Made by a program: the position numbers and the translations under genes | NCBI GenBank assembly: GCA_038209025.1 | Contig: JBBQYD010000002.1 | Location: 1 to 46,622 of the forward strand | Direction of reading: 5' to 3' | DNA: 46,622 nucleotides | Origin: Verrucomicrobiota bacterium | GTDB taxonomy: Bacteria; Verrucomicrobiota; Verrucomicrobiia; Limisphaerales; UBA8199 | The notes under the pieces: generated by a model | The model's input: only the letters and a program-made list of their open reading frames with translations | What the model was told of the DNA's origin: nothing | The model's database searches: none | Shown here: one piece after another, positions 7,784 through 16,972 of the stretch | Position numbering within the stretch: position 1 is the stretch's first letter | How the letters are laid out: each line of letters starts with the position of its first letter

Positions 7784-9979
7784 ATGAGAAACATCAATCA
7801 GTCACTTAGCCTGGCGAACCACCGGATTTTGGTCGTGGATGACAACCCGTCCATCCAGGAAGATTTCAGGAAGATCCTGTGTCCCGGAGCGAGCGGCACC
7901 ATCGAGGCGCTGCGCGGGGTGGAAGCTGAGTTGTTCGGGGCCTTGCCGTCGGAGGCGCCGATCGCGTCCTTTGAAATGGATTCGGCGCTGCAGGGCCAGG
8001 AAGCACTGACGAAAGTTAAAGCGGCGCAGGCGGAAGGCCGGCCGTATGCGATGGCCTTTGTGGATATTCGCATGCCACCAGGGTGGGATGGGATTGAGAC
8101 GATTGCCCAGATTTGGAAGGCACACCCGGAAATCCAGGTGGTTCTCTGCACGGCGTACTCTGATTATTCCTGGGAGGACATCGTCCGCAAGCTCGGCGAA
8201 AGCGACAACCTGGTGATCCTGAAGAAGCCTTTCGACAATGTGGAGGTCCTGCAACTGGCGCACGCGCTGACCAAAAAGTGGCTGGTCACCCGGCAGGCTG
8301 GCAATCGCATGGCTGAGCTGGATGGAATGGTGGAACTCCGCACCCGGGAGCTGCTCGAAGCCAATCGGCATCTTGAAAGTGAGATTGAGCGCCGCCGCCA
8401 GGTGGAAGGCTCCCTGCGCGACTCCGAGGAACGCTTTCGCAAGGCGTTCGAGACCGTGCCGGTGGCCCTGGCGATCCTGAGGTCGGAGGATCGCCGGTTT
8501 CTGGAGGTCAACCGGAGCTTCATCGAGTTGAGCGGTCGTTCGAAACAGAATATCCTGGGCCGCACCCCCGAAGAGCTCGGCATGCCGCGGGAGATGTCGT
8601 CGGAAATCATAAAATCAGCGCTGGCGGGGAACCTGGTCCGGGAGGTGGCGATGGAATTGAAGCGTGAGGACGGCAATGCGCGTCAAATCGTGGTTTCCAT
8701 TGAACCTGTGATTTTGGGGGATCAGCCCTGTTTGCTTTCGGCACTGATGGATATGACCGAGCACAAGCACCTGGAAGGCCAGTTGCGGCATGCGCAGAAA
8801 ATGGAAGCGGTGGGCCAGCTCGCCGCCGGAGTGGCGCATGATTTCAATAACTTGCTGACCGTTATTCACGGCTACGCCAGCCTGCAACTGGCTGATGCCA
8901 GCCTGACTCAGGAGGTCACCAAAGCCTTTCAGGAGGTGAAAGCCGCCTCGGAACGAGCTTCGGCGCTGACTCGCCAGTTGCTCGCGTTCAGCCGCAAGCA
9001 GGTGGTGGAGATGAAGCCGCTGAATGTCTCAAAGACGGTTGCGAACCTGCGTGGAATGTTGAGCCGCATGCTCGGCGAGACCATCCAACTGGAGTGCCAC
9101 TCCGCGGAATGGGTGCCAGCCATCAAAGCCGATGAATCCGATATCGAGCAAGTGCTGGCCAACCTGGTGGTCAACGCCCGGGACTCCATGCCCCAGGGCG
9201 GGCAGGTGCGGATCATGGCAGGCTCGACCCGTTTAAAAACCCAGGATCTCGCTTACAATCGCCATCGGCGCACCGGGGAGTTTGTGGTGCTGACGGTTGC
9301 CGATGAGGGTTGCGGCATGGATCAAGCAACGCAGGCCCGGATTTTCGAGCCGTTTTTCACGACCAAAGGAGTCGGCCAGGGCACTGGTCTGGGCTTGTCC
9401 ACCGTCTATGGCATTGCGGATCGGCACGAGGGCTGGGTCGAAGTTGAGAGCCAGCTCGGGCAGGGCACCACGTTCAAGGTTTTTTTGCCGGCGATGGCCG
9501 AACCACCGGCGTCTGAGCCCAGCCCGATTGCTGACCCGCAGACCGCCCCCGTGGAACCAGCCTGTTCGAACGAGGCAACCATTTTTGTGGTTGAGGATGA
9601 ACCCGAGGTTCGCAAGCTGGTAGCCAAGGTGCTAAGCCGGGCCGGCTTCAAAGTCGTCGAGGCGGCTTCCGGTCCGGAAGCCCTGGTGGTTTCGCGGACA
9701 CTGGCAGCCAACGCACAATTGCTGCTGACGGATATGGTAATGCCAGGCGGCATGAGCGGCGGGGTTCTGGCCAGTCAACTGCTGGCGATCAACCCCCAAT
9801 TGAAGGTGGTTTACACTTCCGGCTATAGTCCGGAAACCTTGGCGAGGAGTGAATCGCTGGAGGAGGGCCTCAACTTTATCCCAAAACCATTTACCCGTGA
9901 TCAACTGGTGGCAACGGTGACCAAAGCGCTGCAATCGTCCCACCCGCGAACCCAGATGGTCATCGCCGGGACGGCTTAG
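7784..9979 (+). CDS. Hybrid sensor histidine kinase (REC - coiled coil - PAS - HisKA - HATPase_c - REC)
   Basis: N-terminal receiver ILVVDDNPSIQEDF...FVDIRMPPGWDGIE...ILKKPFD. PAS-like segment (SEERFRKAFETVPVALAIL). H box VAHDFNNLLTVIHGY, N box LANLVVNARDSM, G boxes DEGCGMD and GTGLGLSTVYG. C-terminal receiver IFVVEDEPEVRKL..LLLTDMVMPGGMSG..IPKPF. Confidence 0.9.
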   Translation: MRNINQSLSLANHRILVVDDNPSIQEDFRKILCPGASGTIEALRGVEAELFGALPSEAPIASFEMDSALQGQEALTKVKAAQAEGRPYAMAFVDIRMPPGWDGIETIAQIWKAHPEIQVVLCTAYSDYSWEDIVRKLGESDNLVILKKPFDNVEVLQLAHALTKKWLVTRQAGNRMAELDGMVELRTRELLEANRHLESEIERRRQVEGSLRDSEERFRKAFETVPVALAILRSEDRRFLEVNRSFIELSGRSKQNILGRTPEELGMPREMSSEIIKSALAGNLVREVAMELKREDGNARQIVVSIEPVILGDQPCLLSALMDMTEHKHLEGQLRHAQKMEAVGQLAAGVAHDFNNLLTVIHGYASLQLADASLTQEVTKAFQEVKAASERASALTRQLLAFSRKQVVEMKPLNVSKTVANLRGMLSRMLGETIQLECHSAEWVPAIKADESDIEQVLANLVVNARDSMPQGGQVRIMAGSTRLKTQDLAYNRHRRTGEFVVLTVADEGCGMDQATQARIFEPFFTTKGVGQGTGLGLSTVYGIADRHEGWVEVESQLGQGTTFKVFLPAMAEPPASEPSPIADPQTAPVEPACSNEATIFVVEDEPEVRKLVAKVLSRAGFKVVEAASGPEALVVSRTLAANAQLLLTDMVMPGGMSGGVLASQLLAINPQLKVVYTSGYSPETLARSESLEEGLNFIPKPFTRDQLVATVTKALQSSHPRTQMVIAGTA

Positions 9980-10136
9980 GACTGGTTTGAAAAACCCGTC
10001 ATTCCTGGTCCTTGCGCCAAGGCGATCTATTTTTCAAACACGCTTCCAGAGCGCCGGGTGTCCAGGGGCTTGAACCGCCACGCTGCTTGACCAGGGGTGT
10101 CCTTTGCATTAGGAGTGAACTGGCTCGGAACAATCA

Positions 10137-10754
10137 ATGAATAGCGCACCCTGGTCTGCCAAGCTGCCTCGCATGAGTCCCGCGCGGGCGTTCGCGACGG
10201 TTTTCATGGCGGTTTTTCTGTTCATCTTCATCGCCAGCACGCTGGTTACCTTCATGCTGCCGGAGACGTATAGGGCCAGTGCCCGCGTGCTCGCTCCGGG
10301 GGCGGCCCATTTGCGGGCATTCCAATCGGCCGAATTGCTGCGGGAAGTATCGCGGCAGCTCCATCTGCCCGAAACCTTTGCCGCTGGTTATGGCGAAAGC
10401 AAACCTTTGGAGGAAGAGCGGGTGCAGGACTTGTTACGGCGGGCTGTTCAAGTACGGCGCCTGGCGGGGACGGACCTGGTGGAAATCCGGGTCTATGGTC
10501 GTTCTCCAGCGGAGTGCGCGCAATTGGCCAACGCGATTGCCGAAACCGGCGCGCAGCCGGCCCGGTCCGGCTCGGGTTCGGATTCGCTCAAAATTGTCGA
10601 TCGAGCCGTGCCCCCGCTCAAACCCGCGCGCCCGAATAAACCGCTGAACCTGGCACTCGGGGCGGTGGTGGGCGTTTTTCTGGGAACCATGGCCGGCGGG
10701 GTTGGCGCCAAGCTCGCCGTGGGCTTTGATGGACAAGGCCCGAAAAGTGCCTGA
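10137..10754 (+). CDS. Small Wzz/GumC-like polysaccharide chain-length-determinant family protein (two TM ends, short periplasmic loop)
   Basis: ATG at 10137. N-terminal TM plus FMLPETYRASARVL (Wzz N-terminal P-x-Y motif region). C-terminal IVDRAVPPLKPARPNKPLNLALGAVVGVFLGTMAGG (proline-rich motif followed by TM2, as in Wzz/GNVR C-termini). Confidence 0.55.
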   Translation: MNSAPWSAKLPRMSPARAFATVFMAVFLFIFIASTLVTFMLPETYRASARVLAPGAAHLRAFQSAELLREVSRQLHLPETFAAGYGESKPLEEERVQDLLRRAVQVRRLAGTDLVEIRVYGRSPAECAQLANAIAETGAQPARSGSGSDSLKIVDRAVPPLKPARPNKPLNLALGAVVGVFLGTMAGGVGAKLAVGFDGQGPKSA

Positions 10755-10780
10755 GGCCGTTGGTGGTGGCGGGAAAACGC

Positions 10781-11719
10781 TTACCTGCCCGGTTTATCCA
10801 GCAGCTTCAGTCCACGCATCCATTTTTCGGCCAACAGGGGCCAGCGCGTGATCTCGTCGGCGGTGGGCCGCAAGCCGTAGCCATGCCCCCCCTCGGCATA
10901 GACATGCAACTCGGCCGGCACTTTGGCCTGTTGCAACGCCAGGTAATAATTCACCGTGCCGGACACGGGAATTGCATCGTTGCCGGCATGTACCATAAAA
11001 GTTGGGGGCGACTTGGGCGAGACCTCGACCTCGGCATTGAGCACTGGAAAGTCCGTCTTCACGAGGTAGGCGGGATAAATCAACAGCGCAAAGTCCGGAC
11101 GGCAACTCAGCTTGTCCGCCTCATCGACCATTTTATAGGTGCGATTGGCCCACTGTGCGCAGGCGGTGGCGCTGAGGTGCCCGCCGGCGGAAAACCCCAT
11201 GATGCCGATGCGCGTGGGGTTGAGGCTTAGTTCCGATGCCCGGGCGCGAAGCAGGCCCAGAGCCCGTTGCGCGTCCTGCAAAGGAGCTTGGTAGCGCTCG
11301 CGATCGGCTCGCTTGGGCACGCGGTATTTGAGCACAGCCGCGGTGACGCCGAGGGTATTCAGCCATTGGGCGACTTCCTCCCCTTCGAGGTCAAAAGCCA
11401 GAATGTTGTATCCGCCACCCGGGCAAATGACCACCGCGGTGCCGGTGGCTTTCGCGGTGGCCGCGGGGTAAATCGCCAGGGTTGGTTGAGCCACATTGCC
11501 AATGCGCACGACCGGTTTGCCGGCGACCTTCCTGCCATCGGGCCCGGTGGTGTCCTTCTCAGGCGGCAATTCGCCGGTGTCACCCGGGGCCTGGCCCGGC
11601 CATAAGGCGATGGGGGGCAACGGGGCCGCCAGGAGGGCGGCATTAAAGATGAAGGTGAAGAGCAGCGTTGACAGGCAAGGCGCGAGCCTTGCGGCGGATG
11701 GCGTTTTCATGAGGCTCAC
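10781..11719 (-). CDS. Secreted alpha/beta-hydrolase (esterase/lipase-type, BD-FAE/fold-3-like)
   Basis: Signal peptide (LLFTFIFNAALLAAPLPP). VICPGGGY (oxyanion-hole region). Nucleophile elbow GIMGFSAGGH (GxSxG). C-terminal HVYAEGGHGYG. Its start overlaps the stop of the upstream gene by 4 nt (11716-11719). Confidence 0.75.
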   Translation of the reverse strand: MSLMKTPSAARLAPCLSTLLFTFIFNAALLAAPLPPIALWPGQAPGDTGELPPEKDTTGPDGRKVAGKPVVRIGNVAQPTLAIYPAATAKATGTAVVICPGGGYNILAFDLEGEEVAQWLNTLGVTAAVLKYRVPKRADRERYQAPLQDAQRALGLLRARASELSLNPTRIGIMGFSAGGHLSATACAQWANRTYKMVDEADKLSCRPDFALLIYPAYLVKTDFPVLNAEVEVSPKSPPTFMVHAGNDAIPVSGTVNYYLALQQAKVPAELHVYAEGGHGYGLRPTADEITRWPLLAEKWMRGLKLLDKPGR

Positions 11720-13254
11720 TGGACCGGGCGGGCGGTTGGTTGGGTTTCGGCATCCATCGTTTCTTCAAACATATTGCCGCGGTCGAAGTTTAACCAGTGT
11801 TTTAGGGAAACCGTGCGCACTTCCTGAAAGTAGGCGGGCGTGAGACCGCCGTGCTTCTTCTCCAGAGCTGCCATGTCCGCCCCGATGCGAGTGGCGAACT
11901 CGGGTTTGAGGCGGAGGCGGAGCCGGTTCTGGCCGTAGCGGAACACCGCCTCGCACGTGAGCGGGTCCTGGGTCAGCACGGTGATGGTGCCGCGTCCCAG
12001 GCTGGCCCCGGTGGCTGCCTGCAGGCCGTCGTTGACACAACTCAGGGGTGGTTTCAGGCCGGCATGGCTTTCGACGCGCAATTCGTCCAGCCCGACATTG
12101 AACCTTTCCCGGGCGCGCAAACCCATCTTCGCACCCACGATGGAGTAGGTGCCAAGATGCCGGTGCAGTTCGCTGGTGAGCGCCGCGGCTTTCCATTCCT
12201 CCGTGCCGTGGCGGGCGATGATCTGGGCTGCCGCATCGCGGATGTCGGGCAGCAGTTGGTGGGGAGCGCTGGGAAACTCCGCAAAGAGCACCGTGTCACG
12301 CGGAGGCAGCATCCGTAGCGCCGCGGGCAGCGCCCGACGCACGGCGGCGGGGTCCACCGCCGTCAATTCCGACCAACCGGGCTGGCCGGGAACCGGAGTG
12401 AGCGTTGCGAGTGGCGGATTAAGAAACCGCAGCGCCACGAGGTCGTCCCAAAGCCGGAGGTGTCTGGCCTGGACCAGTTCCGCGCCGCGACCGCTGCTGT
12501 GAAGGCGCACAATCAACTCCGCGGCGGGTGATTCCACGGCGGCCAGTTCGTCCAGGAGCGCGTCATCCATGACCGGCGCCGCGACGCCCTCCGGCCAGCG
12601 AATTACCTGCACTTGGAGCCCGGAAGCCGCGATTTTCTTCCAGGCGATTTCGTCGCGACTGGCGTTCCAATCGGGGGTAACCGCGCCAGGTGGGGAGCCG
12701 AACCACCATACCGTGCTGATGCGTTGCGCGAGATCGGGATTGCCCTCCAGCGCGTCGCCCAGGTTGGTGAGCGGCCCCAGGCAAAGGTAGGTGGTCTTGT
12801 CAGGCCCAGCTCGCAGCATCAGCCGGATGAGGCCGGCGGCCGGGTGGAGCCCGCTCGGGGGAATGCGCGGCTCCCCGAGTTCCGCCCAGTCCAGCCCGGT
12901 GGCATTGCCGCGAAAAGCGGGTGGCGGGGTGTTCAACGGGCGGCCCACGCCCACCGCGACTCCGTCCTGCTTGAGAAAGCCGAGCATCCGGCAGACATTC
13001 GTGGCTCCCACGCCCGGGGGGCAAGCGCCATCGCTCGTGACGATGGCCATCACATTAAAATACGGTGAAGCCAGCAGCAGTGCCAGCGCGCGCGCGTCGT
13101 CCGCGGCCATGTCCGCATCCACGATGATGGGCGGCCCCGGGTGCGCGCGCGCAGGGGAGGCGAGCAGGCTGAAAACGAGGAGCCCGGCGGCGAGGGCGGG
13201 GCGCACGCGCGGCGGATCAATTCTGGCTGGAATCAGCGTCATACTATTTTGCAT
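11716..13254 (-). CDS. Secreted fusion protein: inosine-uridine-preferring nucleoside hydrolase (IUNH) domain + FmdE-like C-terminal domain
   Basis: Signal peptide (LLVFSLLASPARA). IIVDADMAADDARALALLLASP matches the IUNH DxDxxxDD calcium/ribose-binding signature. The C-terminal LHRHLGTYSIVGAKMGLRARE...ESHAGLKPPLSCVNDGLQAATGASLGRGTITV resembles the FmdE family core. Confidence 0.65.
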   Translation of the reverse strand: MQNSMTLIPARIDPPRVRPALAAGLLVFSLLASPARAHPGPPIIVDADMAADDARALALLLASPYFNVMAIVTSDGACPPGVGATNVCRMLGFLKQDGVAVGVGRPLNTPPPAFRGNATGLDWAELGEPRIPPSGLHPAAGLIRLMLRAGPDKTTYLCLGPLTNLGDALEGNPDLAQRISTVWWFGSPPGAVTPDWNASRDEIAWKKIAASGLQVQVIRWPEGVAAPVMDDALLDELAAVESPAAELIVRLHSSGRGAELVQARHLRLWDDLVALRFLNPPLATLTPVPGQPGWSELTAVDPAAVRRALPAALRMLPPRDTVLFAEFPSAPHQLLPDIRDAAAQIIARHGTEEWKAAALTSELHRHLGTYSIVGAKMGLRARERFNVGLDELRVESHAGLKPPLSCVNDGLQAATGASLGRGTITVLTQDPLTCEAVFRYGQNRLRLRLKPEFATRIGADMAALEKKHGGLTPAYFQEVRTVSLKHWLNFDRGNMFEETMDAETQPTARPVQ

Positions 13255-13290
13255 TTGCGTAATACACCATCAGGGTTCACACTATTGTTC

Positions 13291-14469
13291 ATGATCGTAA
13301 CACTGAAATTATTCCTGGGTCAACCGCCGGTTTTTCGCGTGTTTCAGGCGGCCCCCGGCTGGCTCGCCGCCGCCGTGCTGGGCGCGGCGGCGCTGACCAT
13401 CCCGGCGCGGGCTGAGACGCATTGGAATCTGCAGTCGGTGACCGGCAGCGGCGGCAGCGCCTGGGCGCCCGTTTATCCGCTGGCCATTGCGGGGGTGTTG
13501 CTCACCGACCCGGAGGAGATGCTGGATCCAGCGGCCAACTTTCAGCCGGCTTCGGCGGGCGCCATGGGGGGTGAATGGCAGATTGTGGTGCAGGCCGTCT
13601 GGCCCGGTGACCGAGGAGGAACCGTTTGCTGGATGGGCCAGAACTATGCCCTGCGGCGGTCGCCTGGGGATGACTCTTTCAGCTACAGCAACGGCGAGTG
13701 GCTGGCGGAAATTGAGCGGCTTAACCACGATCCGGCGACGGGCCACGCGTTTAAGAAGGGCGACCTGGTTTCAATCAATGCCGGCGGGTCGCTCTTTTTC
13801 GGCGGCAAGCGGAATATCAACGAAATGCACCGGAATGAGCCAGCCTGCGACTTCACGATTTCGCTCGTAGCGTCCAATTACGGCTTGCCCTCGCCGGAGG
13901 TTCTGTCCCTTGGTTCGCTGGTGCGAACCAACGACCACGACCCTTCGACTTCCGAGGACATTTTTGATGCCACTCGCGCCCGTGGAGGCGAGCATTGGCA
14001 AGGGGTTCGCGTCCGTATCAATGGGCTGACTCTGCTGAGCACGGAGGGCTGGGATCCGGCGAAACCGTGGGGTGAGCGGCGGTGTTCCGTGACGGACGGG
14101 GAGGACCGCTTGTTCACGTTGCGCCACCCGCGGTACAGCCTGGGTTCCGCGCCAACGAACGCCTTCGATGCGATCGGCATCCTCAACCAGGAGAGCGGCT
14201 CGGGCAGCCAGGGGACCAATGGTTATGAACTGTTCGTGCAGGAGGTGGTGCCGGCGGCCTGCCCCGTGATCAGCATGGCGGTGAGACCGGTAATCACCTG
14301 GCCGGGCGCGCTGGAGAATTATGAGCTGCAGTTTACCAACACAGTTGGGGCGCCGGGGCCATGGCAGCCTGCAACCAATGTTCCGGCCCTGGTGAGCGGC
14401 CGCTGGACCGTCATCGTGAATCCAGTGGAGGCTCAGAGCCGCTTTTACCGGTTGTGGCGCGCGCGGTGA
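13291..14469 (+). CDS. Secreted hypothetical protein (no family recognised), immediately upstream of a pseudopilin gene
   Basis: The first ATG clear of the divergent gene is at 13291 (MIVTLKLFLGQ...LGAAALTIPARA signal peptide). The listed start at 13141 would overlap the opposite-strand gene by 114 nt. The long ORF has normal high-GC third-position bias. Confidence 0.7.
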   Translation: MIVTLKLFLGQPPVFRVFQAAPGWLAAAVLGAAALTIPARAETHWNLQSVTGSGGSAWAPVYPLAIAGVLLTDPEEMLDPAANFQPASAGAMGGEWQIVVQAVWPGDRGGTVCWMGQNYALRRSPGDDSFSYSNGEWLAEIERLNHDPATGHAFKKGDLVSINAGGSLFFGGKRNINEMHRNEPACDFTISLVASNYGLPSPEVLSLGSLVRTNDHDPSTSEDIFDATRARGGEHWQGVRVRINGLTLLSTEGWDPAKPWGERRCSVTDGEDRLFTLRHPRYSLGSAPTNAFDAIGILNQESGSGSQGTNGYELFVQEVVPAACPVISMAVRPVITWPGALENYELQFTNTVGAPGPWQPATNVPALVSGRWTVIVNPVEAQSRFYRLWRAR

Positions 14470-14487
14470 GGAAGCGGCGGATTGCCC

Positions 14488-15171
14488 ATGAACCCCCGCG
14501 CTGATTTTAACGCCGTTTTTTGGCGGTCCTCCCGGGCGGGAGGAGGATCGGCGTTTACGGTGATTGAATTGCTGGTGGTGATTGCCATCATCACCCTGCT
14601 TGCGAGCCTGCTGCTGCCGTCGTTCGCCCGCGCGAAGGAAAAGGCGAAGGTCGCGAAGGTTCACGCCGAGTTATATGGTGTGGGACTCGCGCTGCACATG
14701 TACGCGGATGACTACGCGGGCCGGGTCCCGCCCGTGCGCGAGAACTGCAACAATGATTTGCGGGAACACTGGTGCCAACTGCCGGTGGAACTGGCGGAGG
14801 GCCGCTACCTGCCTCGCAGCGGGGAGAGCGGCCGGGAGGCCAACATGGAGGACCCATTCGATCCGGGTCACACCTACAAATACGCCGCACCCGGACCGTT
14901 GCTGCTCAACGGCGAACCGGCGGGAGACTACGCGCTCTGGGTGCCCACCAACTTTCCGGACCTCAAGAGTGAGTTTGGGAGGTTTTACGACAAACCCGCC
15001 GAGAGCCCCGTTCGCTGGGCGATCTGGAGTCTGGGGCCGCGCCCGAAAAGCGCCAAATCTCAAAGCAGCCATGCGCCCATGAGTGAATTAACCTGGTACA
15101 ACCGGGCTGGCGGTGAGGGTGTCATTGCGCGTTACGCGACGCGGGAAGGCATTCAGTTTAAGAGCCCTTGA
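14488..15171 (+). CDS. Prepilin-type N-terminal cleavage/methylation domain protein (T2SS GspG-like/major pseudopilin class)
   Basis: GGGSAFTVIELLVVIAIITLLASLLLPSFARAKEKAK is the canonical class III signal (FTxIELLVV with Glu+5) followed by the pilin alpha-1 helix. ATG at 14488 (TTG at 14482 is an alternative). Confidence 0.85.
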   Translation: MNPRADFNAVFWRSSRAGGGSAFTVIELLVVIAIITLLASLLLPSFARAKEKAKVAKVHAELYGVGLALHMYADDYAGRVPPVRENCNNDLREHWCQLPVELAEGRYLPRSGESGREANMEDPFDPGHTYKYAAPGPLLLNGEPAGDYALWVPTNFPDLKSEFGRFYDKPAESPVRWAIWSLGPRPKSAKSQSSHAPMSELTWYNRAGGEGVIARYATREGIQFKSP

Positions 15172-15217
15172 CGCCCAGCGCGTGCCGGCCACGGAGAGGC
15201 TCGGGGCGGCGGGGTTA

Positions 15218-16972
15218 TTATTCCGCGCTGACGACCCGCCATTGGCCACGCACCAGCTTGCGCATTTGCGGAGTGGCTGGCGGGAGCCGGTCGTAATCGA
15301 GAAAGTTCACATCGAACGCCCATTTGCGGGTCGGGGCGTTGTAGTAGTTTCCCGTGGTCACCCAGAAGTTGGTGGCATACTGGCTGGGGAACAGCACCAC
15401 CATCGACCCATTGTAGGTGAGCGTTTGGCCAGACCAATCTTCCAGCATGCGGGGAAAGTTTTCCACGCCGCCGCTATATTTTTTGGTGCCGGCGGAGACG
15501 GTTGAGGGGACGATTCCGGCCAGCAAAGCGGCATTGACGGTGGTGTGGGTGGCGTCGCGCATCAGCGTGGCGCTGGCCGAGTCCGACCAACTGCCTGAGA
15601 GAATGGTGATGGCATCCCCGATGAGCGACGAGGGTTCGGTGGCGCTGGTGTCCGTGCTGCCAGCGGTGATGATGGGGGCATTGAAATGGCCCTTCACATA
15701 GAGGGGGAGGGCGGTGGCGACCGTCAGGCCGGAGGGCGGCAGTTCGCGGGCGTTGCTCACGCGCACGGCCGGCAACTTGGCGCCCGGCGGGCGCTGGTCG
15801 TAAACATAGACGGAGTTGAGGTCATGTCCCATCGAGAATTGCGCGGAGAAATTCAGGGCTGACCCCGCGTTGTTCATCCAGGTTTTCAGCTTGCCCACGT
15901 CGATTTCCGTGGTCTGGGTCCATTTCTTTTCCCGGGCATCGTAGAAACTGGCGGTGGAATTGACGAAGGAATAACTGGCGGTGGGTTGGGTGGGGTTCAC
16001 ATCCTTCCCCACATACGCAAAGCTTTTCCAGGCGCCGGCATAGACCAGCACATTGGAGGTGGTCGTGGCGATCACCAGATCGCACAGATTGTAATAGCGC
16101 TGCTGGCCCAGGGGCGAAAGGGGGTTTTCTCCGGCGGGCGGCAGATTCAATATATCGCGCACCGCCTGGGGGGTGTTGTTGGTGCCGATGGGCAAGGTCA
16201 GGGAACTGACGTTTTCCATGTTTTCCTTGCGGTAAACCGGTTCCACCTTGCTGCCGCCGGTGGGATCGCTGGGGTGGCGATAATGATAGATGCGCGAGAC
16301 GGCGGTGACATCATCCAGGAATTCCAGGCCCACCACCGGGGCGGCATAGATGCAGGAGTTGCCATGGACCTTGCCCGTGATGCGCATTTGCGCGCCGGGG
16401 TTGATTTCCAGGTCCATGCCGTAAAAAATGGCGAACTGAAACACGGGGATGCTGGCGAGTTGGAGGTCTTGCCGGACGGCGGCGTTCATATTGTAATTGC
16501 AGTGAACCGGGCGAGCCTGCGACATGACACTCATCGAGTAAACCAGGCCGTACAGCCCGGCGAATTGCGATTCCAGGTTGGTGGTCACCATGGTGGAGGT
16601 GCTCGACACGCGAAGCTTGCCCACGCTGCCTCTGCCGTCCGTGAATTGGTAGTCGGCGGCCCAGTCGTTGGTGGGCACCATGGTGGCGTAAAAGTTGGTT
16701 TTCGACGGCGCAAAGTTCTGGTTCAGGAAGTCGCGGTTGATGAAGCTGATGGCGCGCTCGGAACCAGCCTCAGCCGCTGACAGCGCCTGGTTGTAATAGT
16801 TGTTGCGGTCGTTGATGACGCTGGTGGTATTTGTCCACTTGTAAACGCCGCTAAACACTCCCAGGCCGACGCCTACAAACACGAGCACCAGCAGGACTAC
16901 GTAACCGCGATCAGCGGATGAGGAAATTCTTGGTTGCATAAAAAGCGGGCTGGTGATTGCGGGTTTACTCAA
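15218..16972 (-). CDS. PilX_N/GspK-like large pseudopilus-associated protein
   Basis: N-terminal TM RGYVVLLVLVFVGVGLGVF followed by NNYYNQALSAAEAGSERAIS (the QAxxxAEAG motif of PilX N-terminal domains). It is the last gene of a three-gene minus-strand operon and overlaps the upstream gene by 8 nt. Confidence 0.6.
   Translation of the reverse strand: MSKPAITSPLFMQPRISSSADRGYVVLLVLVFVGVGLGVFSGVYKWTNTTSVINDRNNYYNQALSAAEAGSERAISFINRDFLNQNFAPSKTNFYATMVPTNDWAADYQFTDGRGSVGKLRVSSTSTMVTTNLESQFAGLYGLVYSMSVMSQARPVHCNYNMNAAVRQDLQLASIPVFQFAIFYGMDLEINPGAQMRITGKVHGNSCIYAAPVVGLEFLDDVTAVSRIYHYRHPSDPTGGSKVEPVYRKENMENVSSLTLPIGTNNTPQAVRDILNLPPAGENPLSPLGQQRYYNLCDLVIATTTSNVLVYAGAWKSFAYVGKDVNPTQPTASYSFVNSTASFYDAREKKWTQTTEIDVGKLKTWMNNAGSALNFSAQFSMGHDLNSVYVYDQRPPGAKLPAVRVSNARELPPSGLTVATALPLYVKGHFNAPIITAGSTDTSATEPSSLIGDAITILSGSWSDSASATLMRDATHTTVNAALLAGIVPSTVSAGTKKYSGGVENFPRMLEDWSGQTLTYNGSMVVLFPSQYATNFWVTTGNYYNAPTRKWAFDVNFLDYDRLPPATPQMRKLVRGQWRVVSAE

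Noticed and set aside
13141-13290. N-terminal extensions implied by the ORF track for 13141-14469, 18176-20443, 38372-39673 and 39526-40419
   Set aside because: The extensions overlap neighbouring genes or add low-complexity sequence. Internal ATGs (13291, 18473, 38405) give proper signal peptides or the canonical PurA N-terminus. For uppS, a TTG at 39682 avoids a 148-nt overlap with purA.
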